Shown: in pieces, positions 1-9,164 of the stretch
Layout of the letters: the number at the start of each line of letters is the position of its first letter
Position numbering within the stretch: the first letter of the stretch is position 1
Source of the DNA: an uncultured Pirellulales bacterium
GTDB lineage: Bacteria > Planctomycetota > Phycisphaerae > Sedimentisphaerales > Anaerobacaceae
Assembly (NCBI GenBank): GCA_964519995.1
Contig: CAZFLY010000001.1
Location: forward strand, 546 to 64,545
DNA: 64,000 nucleotides
Reading direction: 5' to 3'
Translations under genes and position numbers: made by a program
Notes under the pieces: model-generated
What the model was told of the DNA's origin: nothing
Seen by the model: the letters and a program-made list of their open reading frames with translations, nothing else
Databases searched by the model: none

Positions 1-32
1 AAATTTTTCTCGACTAAAGAAGAAATGCCTAT

Positions 33-1157
33 ATGAAAAATGTGAATACGCTTGAATATCATAAGGGAAATCCAGATATATCTGTTGAGAGATATATTCG
101 AAGTAAGCGCGTTGAATTGGCACATGAAATTCAGTACGCTAAAAAGGTTTATCTTGACACCAAATTTTGGATACTTTTACGAGATGCACGTATGGGAAAT
201 GCCGCTGGCTATAACGCCATGAAACTGCTTCACGTTTTAGAAGACCTTGTCGCAAAGAACCTTGTGGTTTGTCCAATTAGCAATGATACCTTCGCAGAAA
301 TCTTCAAGCAGACAGACACGGAAACTCTGAAGGCCTGCGTGCAAGTCATAGATGATCTATCCAAGGGTATTGCAATCTTGGCAATGAAAGAGCGTATCGA
401 CCTCGAAGTATTTCATTTCATTGGTGAAAAAACGAAGGGGACCGATTCCGTTTACTCACTAGACGAATTGGTCTGGACAAAGATCGCTTATGTTCTGGGC
501 TTTGCTACTCCGACCTCAGATTCCTGGCCTCCAGATATAAATTATGCAATCCAGAAGGCTTTCATAGACCAAATGTGGGTTGTTACATTGACCGACATGT
601 TAGATCAAATGGGTGACGACGCCATATCCCAAGTGTCAAAATTTCCGGATATCTCTCAAGAACTGAATGAAGGAAAGTTCTCACATATTAAGGACCATAA
701 ATCATTTAAGCAGTTGTTCATAGGAGAACTGGCAGGGTTACTTGACCTCTACAAGCCAGATTTTCAAGACTTGATGGTATACCTTTATAAATCCGAGACC
801 GGCCAGAGTCTTAGTGCAGATGAAATCTCTTCAGATAATAGTGGTCGAATGGTTGCTAATCTTATTTATCATGCGTTCCGACTTAACAAGATAAAATCCG
901 AACTGCCGTCGTTTCGCATAGGTGCAGGAATTCATGCTGCGGTGCAGTGGGATAAAGGACGTAAATACAAACCAAATGATATACACGATTTTCAACATGC
1001 AGCTGCAGCTGTTCCCTATTGTGATTATTTCCTGACGGAAGCTAACCTACGACATTTAGTGTGCGATAAGAACCTGAAATTTGATGCTCTTTTCCGATGC
1101 AAAACTATCTCGGATATCACTGATGCAATAAAGGAGCTTTCGCAAATTACTATATAG
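33..1157 (+). CDS. hypothetical protein, possible split PIN-like nuclease fold (candidate partner of the adjacent MTase-nuclease fusion)
   Basis: Complete 374-aa ORF with no family recognised with certainty. KKVYLDTKFWILL, LVVCPISNDTFAEIFKQ and C-terminal DIHDFQHAAAAVPYCDYFLTEAN resemble the first, second and last conserved strands of PIN-type domains, separated by a long insert. The 5' end is AT-rich (roughly one third G+C in the first 60 nt by hand count). Confidence 0.5.
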   Translation: MKNVNTLEYHKGNPDISVERYIRSKRVELAHEIQYAKKVYLDTKFWILLRDARMGNAAGYNAMKLLHVLEDLVAKNLVVCPISNDTFAEIFKQTDTETLKACVQVIDDLSKGIAILAMKERIDLEVFHFIGEKTKGTDSVYSLDELVWTKIAYVLGFATPTSDSWPPDINYAIQKAFIDQMWVVTLTDMLDQMGDDAISQVSKFPDISQELNEGKFSHIKDHKSFKQLFIGELAGLLDLYKPDFQDLMVYLYKSETGQSLSADEISSDNSGRMVANLIYHAFRLNKIKSELPSFRIGAGIHAAVQWDKGRKYKPNDIHDFQHAAAAVPYCDYFLTEANLRHLVCDKNLKFDALFRCKTISDITDAIKELSQITI

Positions 1158-1276
1158 CAAGTCGTAACAAGAGACAATCTTATACAATGGTTCCTTGTAA
1201 TGTAATAAAATTACCAAAAATTGGTTTTGATGGCTACCGCTTGCAAATTATTGGTCAGAGATTAAACTGACGGTTT

Positions 1277-2782
1277 ATGGCAAAGAAGGCGACAAAATCA
1301 AAGGTGGGGAAATCCTTCGACATTGCTCAGGGCAGGCCATCGGCTCTGGTCGATACACGGGTGATTTACTGTGGAGATAACCTTGACCAGCTCAAAAAAT
1401 TTCCTAATGAGTGCGTTGATCTGATTTATATCGACCCGCCTTTTAACTCCAACCGTAATTATGAAGTATTTTGGGGTGAGACAAAGGAAAAACGTTCCTT
1501 TGAAGACCGACATGCTTCGACACAGGCTTACATTGAATTTATGCGGCCGCGTTGTGTTGAACTTGCCCGCGTTCTAAAGAAAACCGGTTCATTCTATTAC
1601 CACTGCGACTGGCACGCATCTCACTATGTAAAAATAATGCTTGATCAGATATTCAACGAAAACCAGTTTCAAACGGAAATAATCTGGCGTAGAACTAACG
1701 CCAAAGGACTAGCTTTCCGGTCTTTTCCGAACGACCATGACACAATTTATTATTACAATAAAAGCGATAATTACACGTTTAACCGTCAATATCTCCCTCA
1801 CGGTGAGGAATATATAAAGAAATTCTATAAATACGTTGAGCCTGAAACTGGGAGAAGATATGCACTTGATAACTTAGCAAATCCCAACAAAGACCGTCCC
1901 AATCTAACATACGAATTCTTGGGAGTAAACCGTGTTTGGCGTTGGAAAAAAGAACGAATGCAAGAGGCATATGAAAAGGGGTTTATTGTACAGTCTCATC
2001 CTGGCGCTGTCCCTCGCCTTAAACGATATCTTGATGAACAGGAGGGCATACCAATTGATAGCATATGGGCTGATATTCCGCCCATTCAATCTCAATCAGA
2101 GGAGAGGCTTGGCTACCCCACGCAAAAGCCGCTTGCACTTTTAGACCGGATTGTAAAAGCAAGCTCTAATCCAAACGATATTGTACTTGATGCCTTCTGT
2201 GGGTGCGGAACGGCATTAGTTGCATCTGAAAATCTTGGACGACAGTGGATAGGTATTGATATTTCACCGACTGCCTGTCGGGTGATGGCAAAGCGTTTGC
2301 GTGATGTCTGTGGTATGAAAGAAGATGAAAAGCTCTGGCGGATTGGACGCGGATTTATCGTTCGAGACCTGCCGTGGACCGAGGAGCAACTTCGCAAGAT
2401 TCCGCCATTTGAATTTGAGAACTGGGCTGTTATAGCGCTGGGCGGTATTCCCAATAAGGCACAGGTCGGAGATATGGGTATCGATGGACGAATTTATCCC
2501 GTCTCGGCAACGCCAAAGAAAGAGAAAGGCGAACTGGCCTTTATGGATGTATGGTATCCTATCCAGGTCAAGCAGAAAGACAAGGTCGGCAGGCCTGATA
2601 TAGATTCCTTTGAGGCCGTGATGATGCGCGAAGACCGCCAGAAAGGGTTCTTTGTCTCCTTCGATTTCTCATCCGATGCCATAAGCGAAATACAATCGTT
2701 CTTCAAGAAGACCGGAAAGAGTATAATTGCCCTTACCGTTAAAGACATTCTCGAAGAACAGATCGCATATAAATTAGCGTAA
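1277..2782 (+). CDS. beta-class N6A/N4C DNA methyltransferase fused to a C-terminal Mrr-cat (PD-(D/E)xK) restriction-endonuclease-like domain
   Basis: 501 aa. Motif IV DPPF (LIYIDPPFNSNRNYEVFW) precedes PTQKPLALLDRIV and motif I DAFCGCGTALV, which is the beta-class order. The last ~130 aa (FENWAVIALGG..GDMGIDGRIY..YPIQVKQKDKVGRPDIDSF..GFFVSFDFS) fit the Mrr-type nuclease core (D..IDG, QxK). Confidence 0.8.
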   Translation: MAKKATKSKVGKSFDIAQGRPSALVDTRVIYCGDNLDQLKKFPNECVDLIYIDPPFNSNRNYEVFWGETKEKRSFEDRHASTQAYIEFMRPRCVELARVLKKTGSFYYHCDWHASHYVKIMLDQIFNENQFQTEIIWRRTNAKGLAFRSFPNDHDTIYYYNKSDNYTFNRQYLPHGEEYIKKFYKYVEPETGRRYALDNLANPNKDRPNLTYEFLGVNRVWRWKKERMQEAYEKGFIVQSHPGAVPRLKRYLDEQEGIPIDSIWADIPPIQSQSEERLGYPTQKPLALLDRIVKASSNPNDIVLDAFCGCGTALVASENLGRQWIGIDISPTACRVMAKRLRDVCGMKEDEKLWRIGRGFIVRDLPWTEEQLRKIPPFEFENWAVIALGGIPNKAQVGDMGIDGRIYPVSATPKKEKGELAFMDVWYPIQVKQKDKVGRPDIDSFEAVMMREDRQKGFFVSFDFSSDAISEIQSFFKKTGKSIIALTVKDILEEQIAYKLA

Positions 2783-2805
2783 AGGAAAAAATGTTCAGGA
2801 GCATT

Positions 2806-2990
2806 TTGGGGATGTTTGTAGCTGGGTATGTGCGATTTCATCGCACCTTACTGATTCTGACAGCGAGTATCCTGATCTTTGCGAGCGGTGCATTTCCGTT
2901 TTGCGTCCCTTCGGCTGTGCTCCCCGCTTCGCCCGAAACGATGAGGCTTCGCAGGGCAGGCAGGGCGGGCTTTGTGTTAAAATTGCTTTA
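2806..2990. repeat. possible degenerate member of the GTCATTTCGA-type MITE-like family
   Basis: TGTTTGTAGCTGGGTATGTGCGATTTCATCGCAC resembles TGCTTTGTAGAAAGGATGTCATTTCGACCG of the copy at 57390. Internal CCCTTCGG..CTGTGCT..CTTCGCCC parallels 57476-57530. Alignment is by eye and weak. Confidence 0.3.
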
Positions 2991-3058
2991 CCAAACTAAC
3001 ACCCGTTGCAGGCCATCGATGTTCCCTGCAGGCGAGATACGAAAAGTGAGCGACGAAA

Positions 3059-3091
3059 TCATTCCCACTCGATAGTAGCTGGTGGTTTGCT
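3059..3091 (-). repeat. second copy of the guaA 3' terminus (last 10 codons plus stop), att-like
   Basis: The minus strand reads AGC AAA CCA CCA GCT ACT ATC GAG TGG GAA TGA = [10 protein letters not shown]. It is 29/33 nt identical to 4285-4317 and all four differences are silent. No guaA body lies upstream of it. Confidence 0.85.
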
Positions 3092-3194
3092 GACGTTTAG
3101 CCAACTTTAGCGTATTTAGCCGCCCAAATAGATACGGCGGCAGACGTTTTATTCTTGATGCTGGCTCAATCTTGAATTCTGTCATTTTGCTCAC
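3092..3194 (-). pseudogene. 5' fragment (about 33 codons) of a class I/II aminotransferase gene
   Basis: MSKMTEFKIEPASRIKRLPPYLFGRLNTLKLAKR matches the typical N-terminus of AlaA/AspC/DapL-type aminotransferases (R-LPPY-F..L). The reading frame then runs out of frame into the guaA-end copy and the rest of the gene is absent. Confidence 0.55.
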
Positions 3195-3319
3195 CTATCT
3201 ATGAACTTGAGGGTTCGCCTCTACATAATCGGATAGTTTACAGAAAACAGGTGAATTTTCAAAACCTTTTATAGCATGCGGCGTACAGTTTTGAGCGTAT
3301 AGCCTATCCGCTATGCCGG

Positions 3320-4111
3320 CTAAAAGCATTTGAGCAGATTAACTCCAATGGCCGGATTGTATGAATTCCCAAGATATGGTAACACTTCAAACCCAGCGAC
3401 TTCTAAGTCCTTATGTTTGCCAGCCACGGTGTGACCAACCACCCAGCCGAGGGTTGCACCGAAGACAATATCACTCGCCCAGTGACTGCCTGCGTCCATC
3501 ATTCTATAAGCGACAAGACCCGCTAGTGCGTAAGCTGGAATACCAACCTTAAGGCCATAAAATTCGTGCAACACCGATGCAACCGTAAAAGAACTCGACG
3601 TATGGCCGCTGGGCCAAGCCCAGCTATCTCCATTCGGCGTATCGTTGCTGCGGACAGCCTTTAAACCCAACGTCACAGCGTCATTTATAGCTAGTGCCGA
3701 GAGCATGGTCATAGAGCGTTGTTTGTTAAGATCATCCTGATTTTCCGCACTTATGGCATACCAGACAGCAACGGCAGGAAAATGGAATGCAGGCGATCCA
3801 ACGATGTCGAAGGTCTCATCCCAAAGATCATCAAAACTTGGATGACTTCTGAAATGCTCAGCCAATCGCTCATCAATATCGTTGTTGGTCATCATCACGC
3901 TAAGTCCACCTGCCAGCAGCAACGCAACTATATTGTCGTTTCTCAGGAAAATATCTTTCGTGTCTTCAAACAGTTTTTCTGGAAAAACAGCAGAATCAAC
4001 CTTAGCCGACTCAAGCCAAAGATTCTTTGCTGCCGGAGCTGTTTGTTGCTGAGCGCCGGCGTTGGCAGATATAACGATAGCGCAGAGAAAAATCAGCAGC
4101 TTTTTATCCAC
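3320..4111 (-). CDS. secreted PAP2-family phosphatase
   Basis: 263 aa with an N-terminal signal (MDKKLLIFLCAIVISANAGA). PAP2 motifs are present: WPSGHTSSSF and GSHWASDIVFGATLGW. Confidence 0.8.
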   Translation of the reverse strand: MDKKLLIFLCAIVISANAGAQQQTAPAAKNLWLESAKVDSAVFPEKLFEDTKDIFLRNDNIVALLLAGGLSVMMTNNDIDERLAEHFRSHPSFDDLWDETFDIVGSPAFHFPAVAVWYAISAENQDDLNKQRSMTMLSALAINDAVTLGLKAVRSNDTPNGDSWAWPSGHTSSSFTVASVLHEFYGLKVGIPAYALAGLVAYRMMDAGSHWASDIVFGATLGWVVGHTVAGKHKDLEVAGFEVLPYLGNSYNPAIGVNLLKCF

Positions 4112-4284
4112 GCAAAATCCTTAAGAATATGAAATTTTGACATTAAGACCGAAAACGGGACGAGTTTGAAATAAACCTGCTCACGGCCACAGACTTTACC
4201 AGCTATATTGTTGTCTTCCAATCGAATTCCCGATCTTGTCGATGATGTAGCTTTAATCTATAAACTTTATGCTTAGAGTTTTTG

Positions 4285-5847
4285 TTATTCCCACTCGATC
4301 GTGGCCGGTGGTTTGCTGGAAATATCGTACACAACACGATTGACACCGCGAACCTCGTTTATAATTCTGCTTGAGACGAGCGCCAATACCTCAAATGGAA
4401 TCTGGTAGAAATCAGCAGTCATAAAATCCGTTGTTTCCACCGCTCGGATGGCGATAACGTTTTCATAGCTTCGCTCATCACCCATAACACCTACGGTCGA
4501 GACGGGCACCAGCACAGCGAGCGCCTGGGATACTTTTCGGTATAGGCCGGCAGATATAATCTCATCGATGAGTATCTCATCGGCAGCCCTAAGGACTTCA
4601 AGTCTCTCGGTGGTGACCTCGCCGATTATTCTAACGGCCAGCCCCGGGCCCGGAAATGGATGCCGCCAGACAATATCTTCTGGTAAACCAAGATATTCGC
4701 CGACGAGCCGGACTTCGTCTTTGAACAGATCGCGTAGTGGCTCAATCAGCTCAAAGCCCAACTCTGCAGGCAGACCTCCGACATTGTGGTGCAGTTTTAT
4801 GTTCGCAGCAGGATTGCCATCTTTCGACCCCGATTCGATTACATCGGGATAAAGTGTTCCCTGCGCGAGGAATTTTACATTAGGGACGTTTGTTGCTTCC
4901 GACTTGAAGGCCCCGATAAATTCTGCACCAATAATTCTGCGTTTTTGTTGTGGGTCGGTAATCCCTTTTAGAGCCGAGAGAAACTGCTTCGACCAATCCA
5001 CAATCCTCAAGTCGATATGAAAATGGTCACGAAAAGTTGAGACTACATTGTCCCGCTCATTTTTGCGTAAAAGGCCGTTATCGACAAATATACAAACAAG
5101 CTGATCGCCGATCGCCTCGTGCAGCATCGAAGCAACAACCGATGAATCGACTCCGCCACTTAATCCGCAGATTACTGAAGCACCGCCTACCTGTTTGTGA
5201 ATTGTCCGGATAGACTCAGCGACAAAGTCGCTCATTTTCCAGTCGCTGCTACAGCCGCAGATGTCATACAGAAAATTCTTGAGTATCTGCGAGCCTTTCG
5301 GCGTATGAGTGACTTCCGGATGGAATTGAACGCCGTAAAATTTCTTCTTATGTCTGACAGCAGCGTGCGGACACGTCTTTGTGGAAGCAAGCTTAACGAA
5401 ATTATCACCCCCGTGTCTTCTGTCAAAGACAGAAACGGGGGCAATCTGATCGCCGTGACTTGCCCAGACGAGCGTCGAATCCGGCATGTTTGCAAACAGG
5501 TCATCTTTATTGAGTATCGTCAAGTTTGTTCTGCCGTATTCATGATATTGCGCTCGTGTTACTTCGGCCCCTAAGATTTGACAGCCAAGCTGCATGCCGT
5601 AGCAGATGCCGAGAATAGGAACGTTCAGCTCGAAGATTTTTTCATCGCAGCGAGGGGCGTTTTTATCGTAAACGCTGGCAGGCCCCCCGGATAGTATCAG
5701 CCCTTTGAGCGGCAGTTTCGATAACTCATCAACTGAAATATCTGCACGGCAGATTCGCGAGTAGACGTTGTGCTCACGCACCCTGCGGGCTATTAGTTGG
5801 CCATACTGGCTGCCAAAATCGAGAATAGCTATCATTTCATGGGACAT
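4285..5847 (-). CDS. guaA: GMP synthase (glutamine-hydrolysing)
   Basis: GATase motifs [18 protein letters not shown] and [10 protein letters not shown]-loop SGGVDSSV, canonical C-terminus PATIEWE. ATG at 5847 is preceded by AAGGTG; the track ORF extends to a GTG at 5856. Confidence 0.95.
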   Translation of the reverse strand: MSHEMIAILDFGSQYGQLIARRVREHNVYSRICRADISVDELSKLPLKGLILSGGPASVYDKNAPRCDEKIFELNVPILGICYGMQLGCQILGAEVTRAQYHEYGRTNLTILNKDDLFANMPDSTLVWASHGDQIAPVSVFDRRHGGDNFVKLASTKTCPHAAVRHKKKFYGVQFHPEVTHTPKGSQILKNFLYDICGCSSDWKMSDFVAESIRTIHKQVGGASVICGLSGGVDSSVVASMLHEAIGDQLVCIFVDNGLLRKNERDNVVSTFRDHFHIDLRIVDWSKQFLSALKGITDPQQKRRIIGAEFIGAFKSEATNVPNVKFLAQGTLYPDVIESGSKDGNPAANIKLHHNVGGLPAELGFELIEPLRDLFKDEVRLVGEYLGLPEDIVWRHPFPGPGLAVRIIGEVTTERLEVLRAADEILIDEIISAGLYRKVSQALAVLVPVSTVGVMGDERSYENVIAIRAVETTDFMTADFYQIPFEVLALVSSRIINEVRGVNRVVYDISSKPPATIEWE

Positions 5848-5908
5848 AACCCACACCTTTTACTACAGCGTTTAGCATACAGCGCAATAGGAAATGCATA
5901 GTAGCCTG

Positions 5909-5929
5909 TACGCTAAACGCTATACGCTA
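5909..5929. repeat. tandem heptamer WACGCTA x3 in the guaB-guaA spacer
   Basis: TACGCTA AACGCTA TACGCTA read directly from the sequence, immediately downstream of the guaB stop. Confidence 0.8.
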
Positions 5930-5933
5930 AGTA

Positions 5934-7406
5934 TCAATCCTCAAAAGGTAGTGTGGCCGAGTAGTTTGGGGCCTCTTTGGTTATTTGTATATCGTGGGGA
6001 TGAGATTCATTAACCGAAGCAGCGCTTACGCGAACAAATTGGGCCTTTTCCATCAGCTCTTTTATGCTTTTAGCGCCGCAGTAGCCCATGCCTGCGCGCA
6101 GCCCACCAACAAGCTGGTAAACAAAGTCACTGAGTGCTCCCTTATATGGAACCCTGCCTTCTACACCTTCGGGCACAAGTTTACTCGCTTCGGTGGTACT
6201 GCTCTGGCTGTATCGCTCTGCAGAGCCTTTAACCATCGCCCCGAGTGAACCCATACCTCTATATTCTTTGAATTGTCTTCCCTTGTAGATAACAAGTTGG
6301 CCTGGACTCTCCTTAAGACCTGCAAACAGTGAACCTATCATTACGCTGGATGCACCGGCTGCAATCGCCTTAGTTATGTCGCCGGACTGTCTTACTCCTC
6401 CATCAGCAATGACGGGGATATTATGTTCCCGAGCTACCCGGGCACAGTTAATGATCGCAGATATCTGAGGCACTCCCACGCCAGAGATTACCCTTGTAGT
6501 GCAAATAGCACCGGGCCCGATGCCGACCTTGACGGCATTTGCCCCCGCGGCTATCAAGTCCTGTGCGGCATCAAGCGTTGCGATATTGCCTGCGATTACA
6601 TCGATATCGTATTGAGCTTTTATCTTTTTGACGGTATCGATAACATTCTGCGAATGACCGTGAGCTGTATCAATAACGATAATGTCAACATCTGCTGCGA
6701 TCAAAGCCTCGATACGCTCGTAATCGTGCACACTCACAGCAGCACCAACAAGGAGTCTGCCACGCTTATCCCGGGCGGCCCTTGGATATTGCTGGACGCG
6801 GTCGATGTCTCTCATAGTAATCAGGCCAGCCAATTCGCTTCCATTTTTTACGAGAAGTAATTTTTCCACTTTGTGCTTCTGCAGAATCTCCTTTGCCTGT
6901 TCGAGTGTCGTCCCTGCAGGGCCTGTGACAAGCTTGTCTTTTGTCATGATTAAATCTATCTTGACATCATAATCCTTGAGAAACTTCAGATCCCTGCGGG
7001 TGAGGATGCCGACCAGCTTTTTGCCTTGCACTATGGGAATGCCTGAGACATTCTGCTCGTTCATTAGCTCCTGGGCTCTTCTTACAGGCTCGCTCGGGGA
7101 TAATGTCACAGGGTCAAGAATCACGCCATGTTCTGATCGCTTGACCTTGGCGACCTCTCTTTTCTGGGCTTCAACAGAAAGGTTCTTATGGATAATACCG
7201 ATGCCACCTTCCTGCGCCAGTGCGATCGCCAGAGCTGACTCGGTAACAGTATCCATAGCAGCAGATACTATCGGAATGTTTATATTGATATTGTTGGTTA
7301 GCTTCGTACTGGTGTCCGCTTGGCTCGGCACAAAATCACTCTCTGCCGGTATCAGCAGCACATCGTCGAAGGTTATCCCTTCAGCGACGATCTTGCTCTT
7401 ATCCAT
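5934..7406 (-). CDS. guaB: IMP dehydrogenase
   Basis: 490 aa with GIGIIHKN, a CBS-pair insert, catalytic loop [11 protein letters not shown] and GGVRQSGD. Confidence 0.95.
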   Translation of the reverse strand: MDKSKIVAEGITFDDVLLIPAESDFVPSQADTSTKLTNNININIPIVSAAMDTVTESALAIALAQEGGIGIIHKNLSVEAQKREVAKVKRSEHGVILDPVTLSPSEPVRRAQELMNEQNVSGIPIVQGKKLVGILTRRDLKFLKDYDVKIDLIMTKDKLVTGPAGTTLEQAKEILQKHKVEKLLLVKNGSELAGLITMRDIDRVQQYPRAARDKRGRLLVGAAVSVHDYERIEALIAADVDIIVIDTAHGHSQNVIDTVKKIKAQYDIDVIAGNIATLDAAQDLIAAGANAVKVGIGPGAICTTRVISGVGVPQISAIINCARVAREHNIPVIADGGVRQSGDITKAIAAGASSVMIGSLFAGLKESPGQLVIYKGRQFKEYRGMGSLGAMVKGSAERYSQSSTTEASKLVPEGVEGRVPYKGALSDFVYQLVGGLRAGMGYCGAKSIKELMEKAQFVRVSAASVNESHPHDIQITKEAPNYSATLPFED

Positions 7407-7649
7407 TCGTATCTCCGATTATCTGTTTGGCGATTCCTTCCAAAAAAGTAAGTATAATAACGCCATAAACCAGCGTCAAACCTATTTTCGTTCCTCTGCC
7501 CATCGACTAAGGGTAGACTTTTCTGAGCTTGCACTGTTTTGTTTTGACACTGTAAAGTGCCTACGTTATCTTAACTCTAAGATAGGGCAATATGTCGATT
7601 AACAATGAGTCAATACATATAATATGAAATTTCTGGAGGGCAGAAAGCC

Positions 7650-8153
7650 ATGAAATGTCCGGCATGTGGAAATAAGTTACAGCAAATGTCAGTTGACGAT
7701 GTCACAGTCGACGTGTGCAAAGGCGGCTGCGGAGGAATATGGTTTGACAACTTTGAGATAAAGAAATTTGATGAACCACATGAGTCCACAGGAGAACACC
7801 TGTTGGAGATAGAACGAAATGTAGGTATAACCATTGACCATACAAAGAAAAGAATGTGCCCGAAATGTGATGATGTCGTAATGATGAGGCACTTTTTCAG
7901 TGTCAAAAAGGAGGTCGAAGTCGATGAGTGTCCAGGCTGTGGCGGTTTCTGGCTGGACTGCGGTGAACTAAGGAAAATTCGAAGTTTATTCAACACTGAA
8001 GAGGAACGAAAGAAAACCGCAGAAGAATACTTCGATGAGATATTCGGCAAGCAGCTTCGTGAGATGAAAGCCAAAAATGAACTTAATACAGCAGAGCGAA
8101 TTACAAGCATATTCCGATTTGTCTGTCCGAGCTACTACATCCCAAATAAGTAG
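7650..8153 (+). CDS. zinc-ribbon protein with two zf-TFIIB-type modules
   Basis: CPACG..VDVCKGGCGGIWFDNFEIKKF, repeated as CPKCD..VDECPGCGGFWLDCGELRKI. Confidence 0.6.
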   Translation: MKCPACGNKLQQMSVDDVTVDVCKGGCGGIWFDNFEIKKFDEPHESTGEHLLEIERNVGITIDHTKKRMCPKCDDVVMMRHFFSVKKEVEVDECPGCGGFWLDCGELRKIRSLFNTEEERKKTAEEYFDEIFGKQLREMKAKNELNTAERITSIFRFVCPSYYIPNK

Positions 8154-8250
8154 GATTGGAGAGCTCTTTAACAACGGCCACTAACGATAGTTCGATATAT
8201 ACAGAGCACCAGCCCTCTGGACTTAGGCGAAGAACAAGCGAGCCATCTAA

Positions 8251-8964
8251 TTGTATGAGACAACCGGAAAGTTACGAATATGGTCGGTACTTGTGCCGGC
8301 AATGGTTGTTCCATCCATTGGGGCTCTCTTTTACTTTGTCATTTTCACTGATTACTGGTTCACGCCAATCATCTATGTAACCACAAAGGTATTTATCATC
8401 ACATGGCCAGCCGTCTGCGCTTACCTTGTATTGGGAAAACGCATTGGCCGAGCCATTAGCCGGCCCACGAAACACACGCAGGCTATCGGCATGGATATCC
8501 TCTTGGGAGCTTCAATTGCAGCTTTAATGTTCGGCTTAATGCAGACCACGCTTGGGCAAGTGGTAATAGCGAGCTCTGAGAGCATCGGAAGTAAAGCACA
8601 CGCACTAGGGATTATGCGTCACTATTGGTTGTTTGCACTATTTCTCTCGGTTGCACACTCATTGATAGAGGAATATTACTGGCGATGGTTTGTATTTGGC
8701 AACCTCAGAAACATCATAGCAATACCATTTGCACACGGTTTAGCAGCACTGGCATTTGCGGCACATCACATCGTGATAACAACGCAGCTCTTCGGGCTTT
8801 TCTGGGGTATTGTGCTCGGAGGATTCGTGGCGGCAGGAGGAATGGTCTGGAGCCTGATGTATCAAAGACAGAAAACCCTGATAGGAGCCTGGATAAGTCA
8901 CTTGATTATCGATCTTGGCATTATGGTAATCGGGCACAGTATCCTGTTCGGCGGTTATACTTGA
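8251..8964 (+). CDS. CPBP (CAAX/Abi) family intramembrane protease
   Basis: Polytopic membrane ORF with SLIEEYYWRWFVFGNL (EExxxR) and AFAAHH motifs. Confidence 0.8.
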   Translation: MYETTGKLRIWSVLVPAMVVPSIGALFYFVIFTDYWFTPIIYVTTKVFIITWPAVCAYLVLGKRIGRAISRPTKHTQAIGMDILLGASIAALMFGLMQTTLGQVVIASSESIGSKAHALGIMRHYWLFALFLSVAHSLIEEYYWRWFVFGNLRNIIAIPFAHGLAALAFAAHHIVITTQLFGLFWGIVLGGFVAAGGMVWSLMYQRQKTLIGAWISHLIIDLGIMVIGHSILFGGYT

Positions 8965-9030
8965 TCGTCGCAGTAATAAGAGGAAATACTCCGTAGTAAG
9001 TCGCATTGTCAAACATGGCCGATAAACACC

Positions 9031-9059
9031 TTGACGCCTTCAACAGTCGTCTATATATT
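9031..9059 (+). promoter_or_regulatory. sigma-70-like promoter candidate
   Basis: TTGACG, 17-nt spacer, TATATT, about 105 nt upstream of the 9165 start. Confidence 0.3.
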
Positions 9060-9164
9060 TATCTCCGCTCAGAATACCTTTTTCCTTATCAACCCATAGA
9101 GCGAACATCGGGTTAAGGTAGCCAAAAGAAAAAAGTGTAAAATTAGCAAGAAGCTGAGAAAGGT

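Noticed and set aside
1298-2841. Track ORFs antisense to or overlapping the methyltransferase gene (1298..1513, 1779..1970, 1904..2095, 1932..2144, 2113..2454, 2494..2841)
   Set aside because: These are shadow frames of a gene with strong motif support; they have no motifs or start signals of their own.
2791-3075. 94-aa plus-strand ORF downstream of the methyltransferase
   Set aside because: It reads through hairpin/repeat-like DNA and into the guaA-end copy. The low-complexity product has no ribosome-binding site.
6976-7602. 208-aa plus-strand ORF
   Set aside because: Antisense to the 5' half of guaB; serine/leucine-rich shadow-frame composition.
7610-8110. 166-aa minus-strand ORF
   Set aside because: Antisense to the zinc-ribbon gene, which has two clear CxxC..CxxC modules; Ser-rich shadow product.
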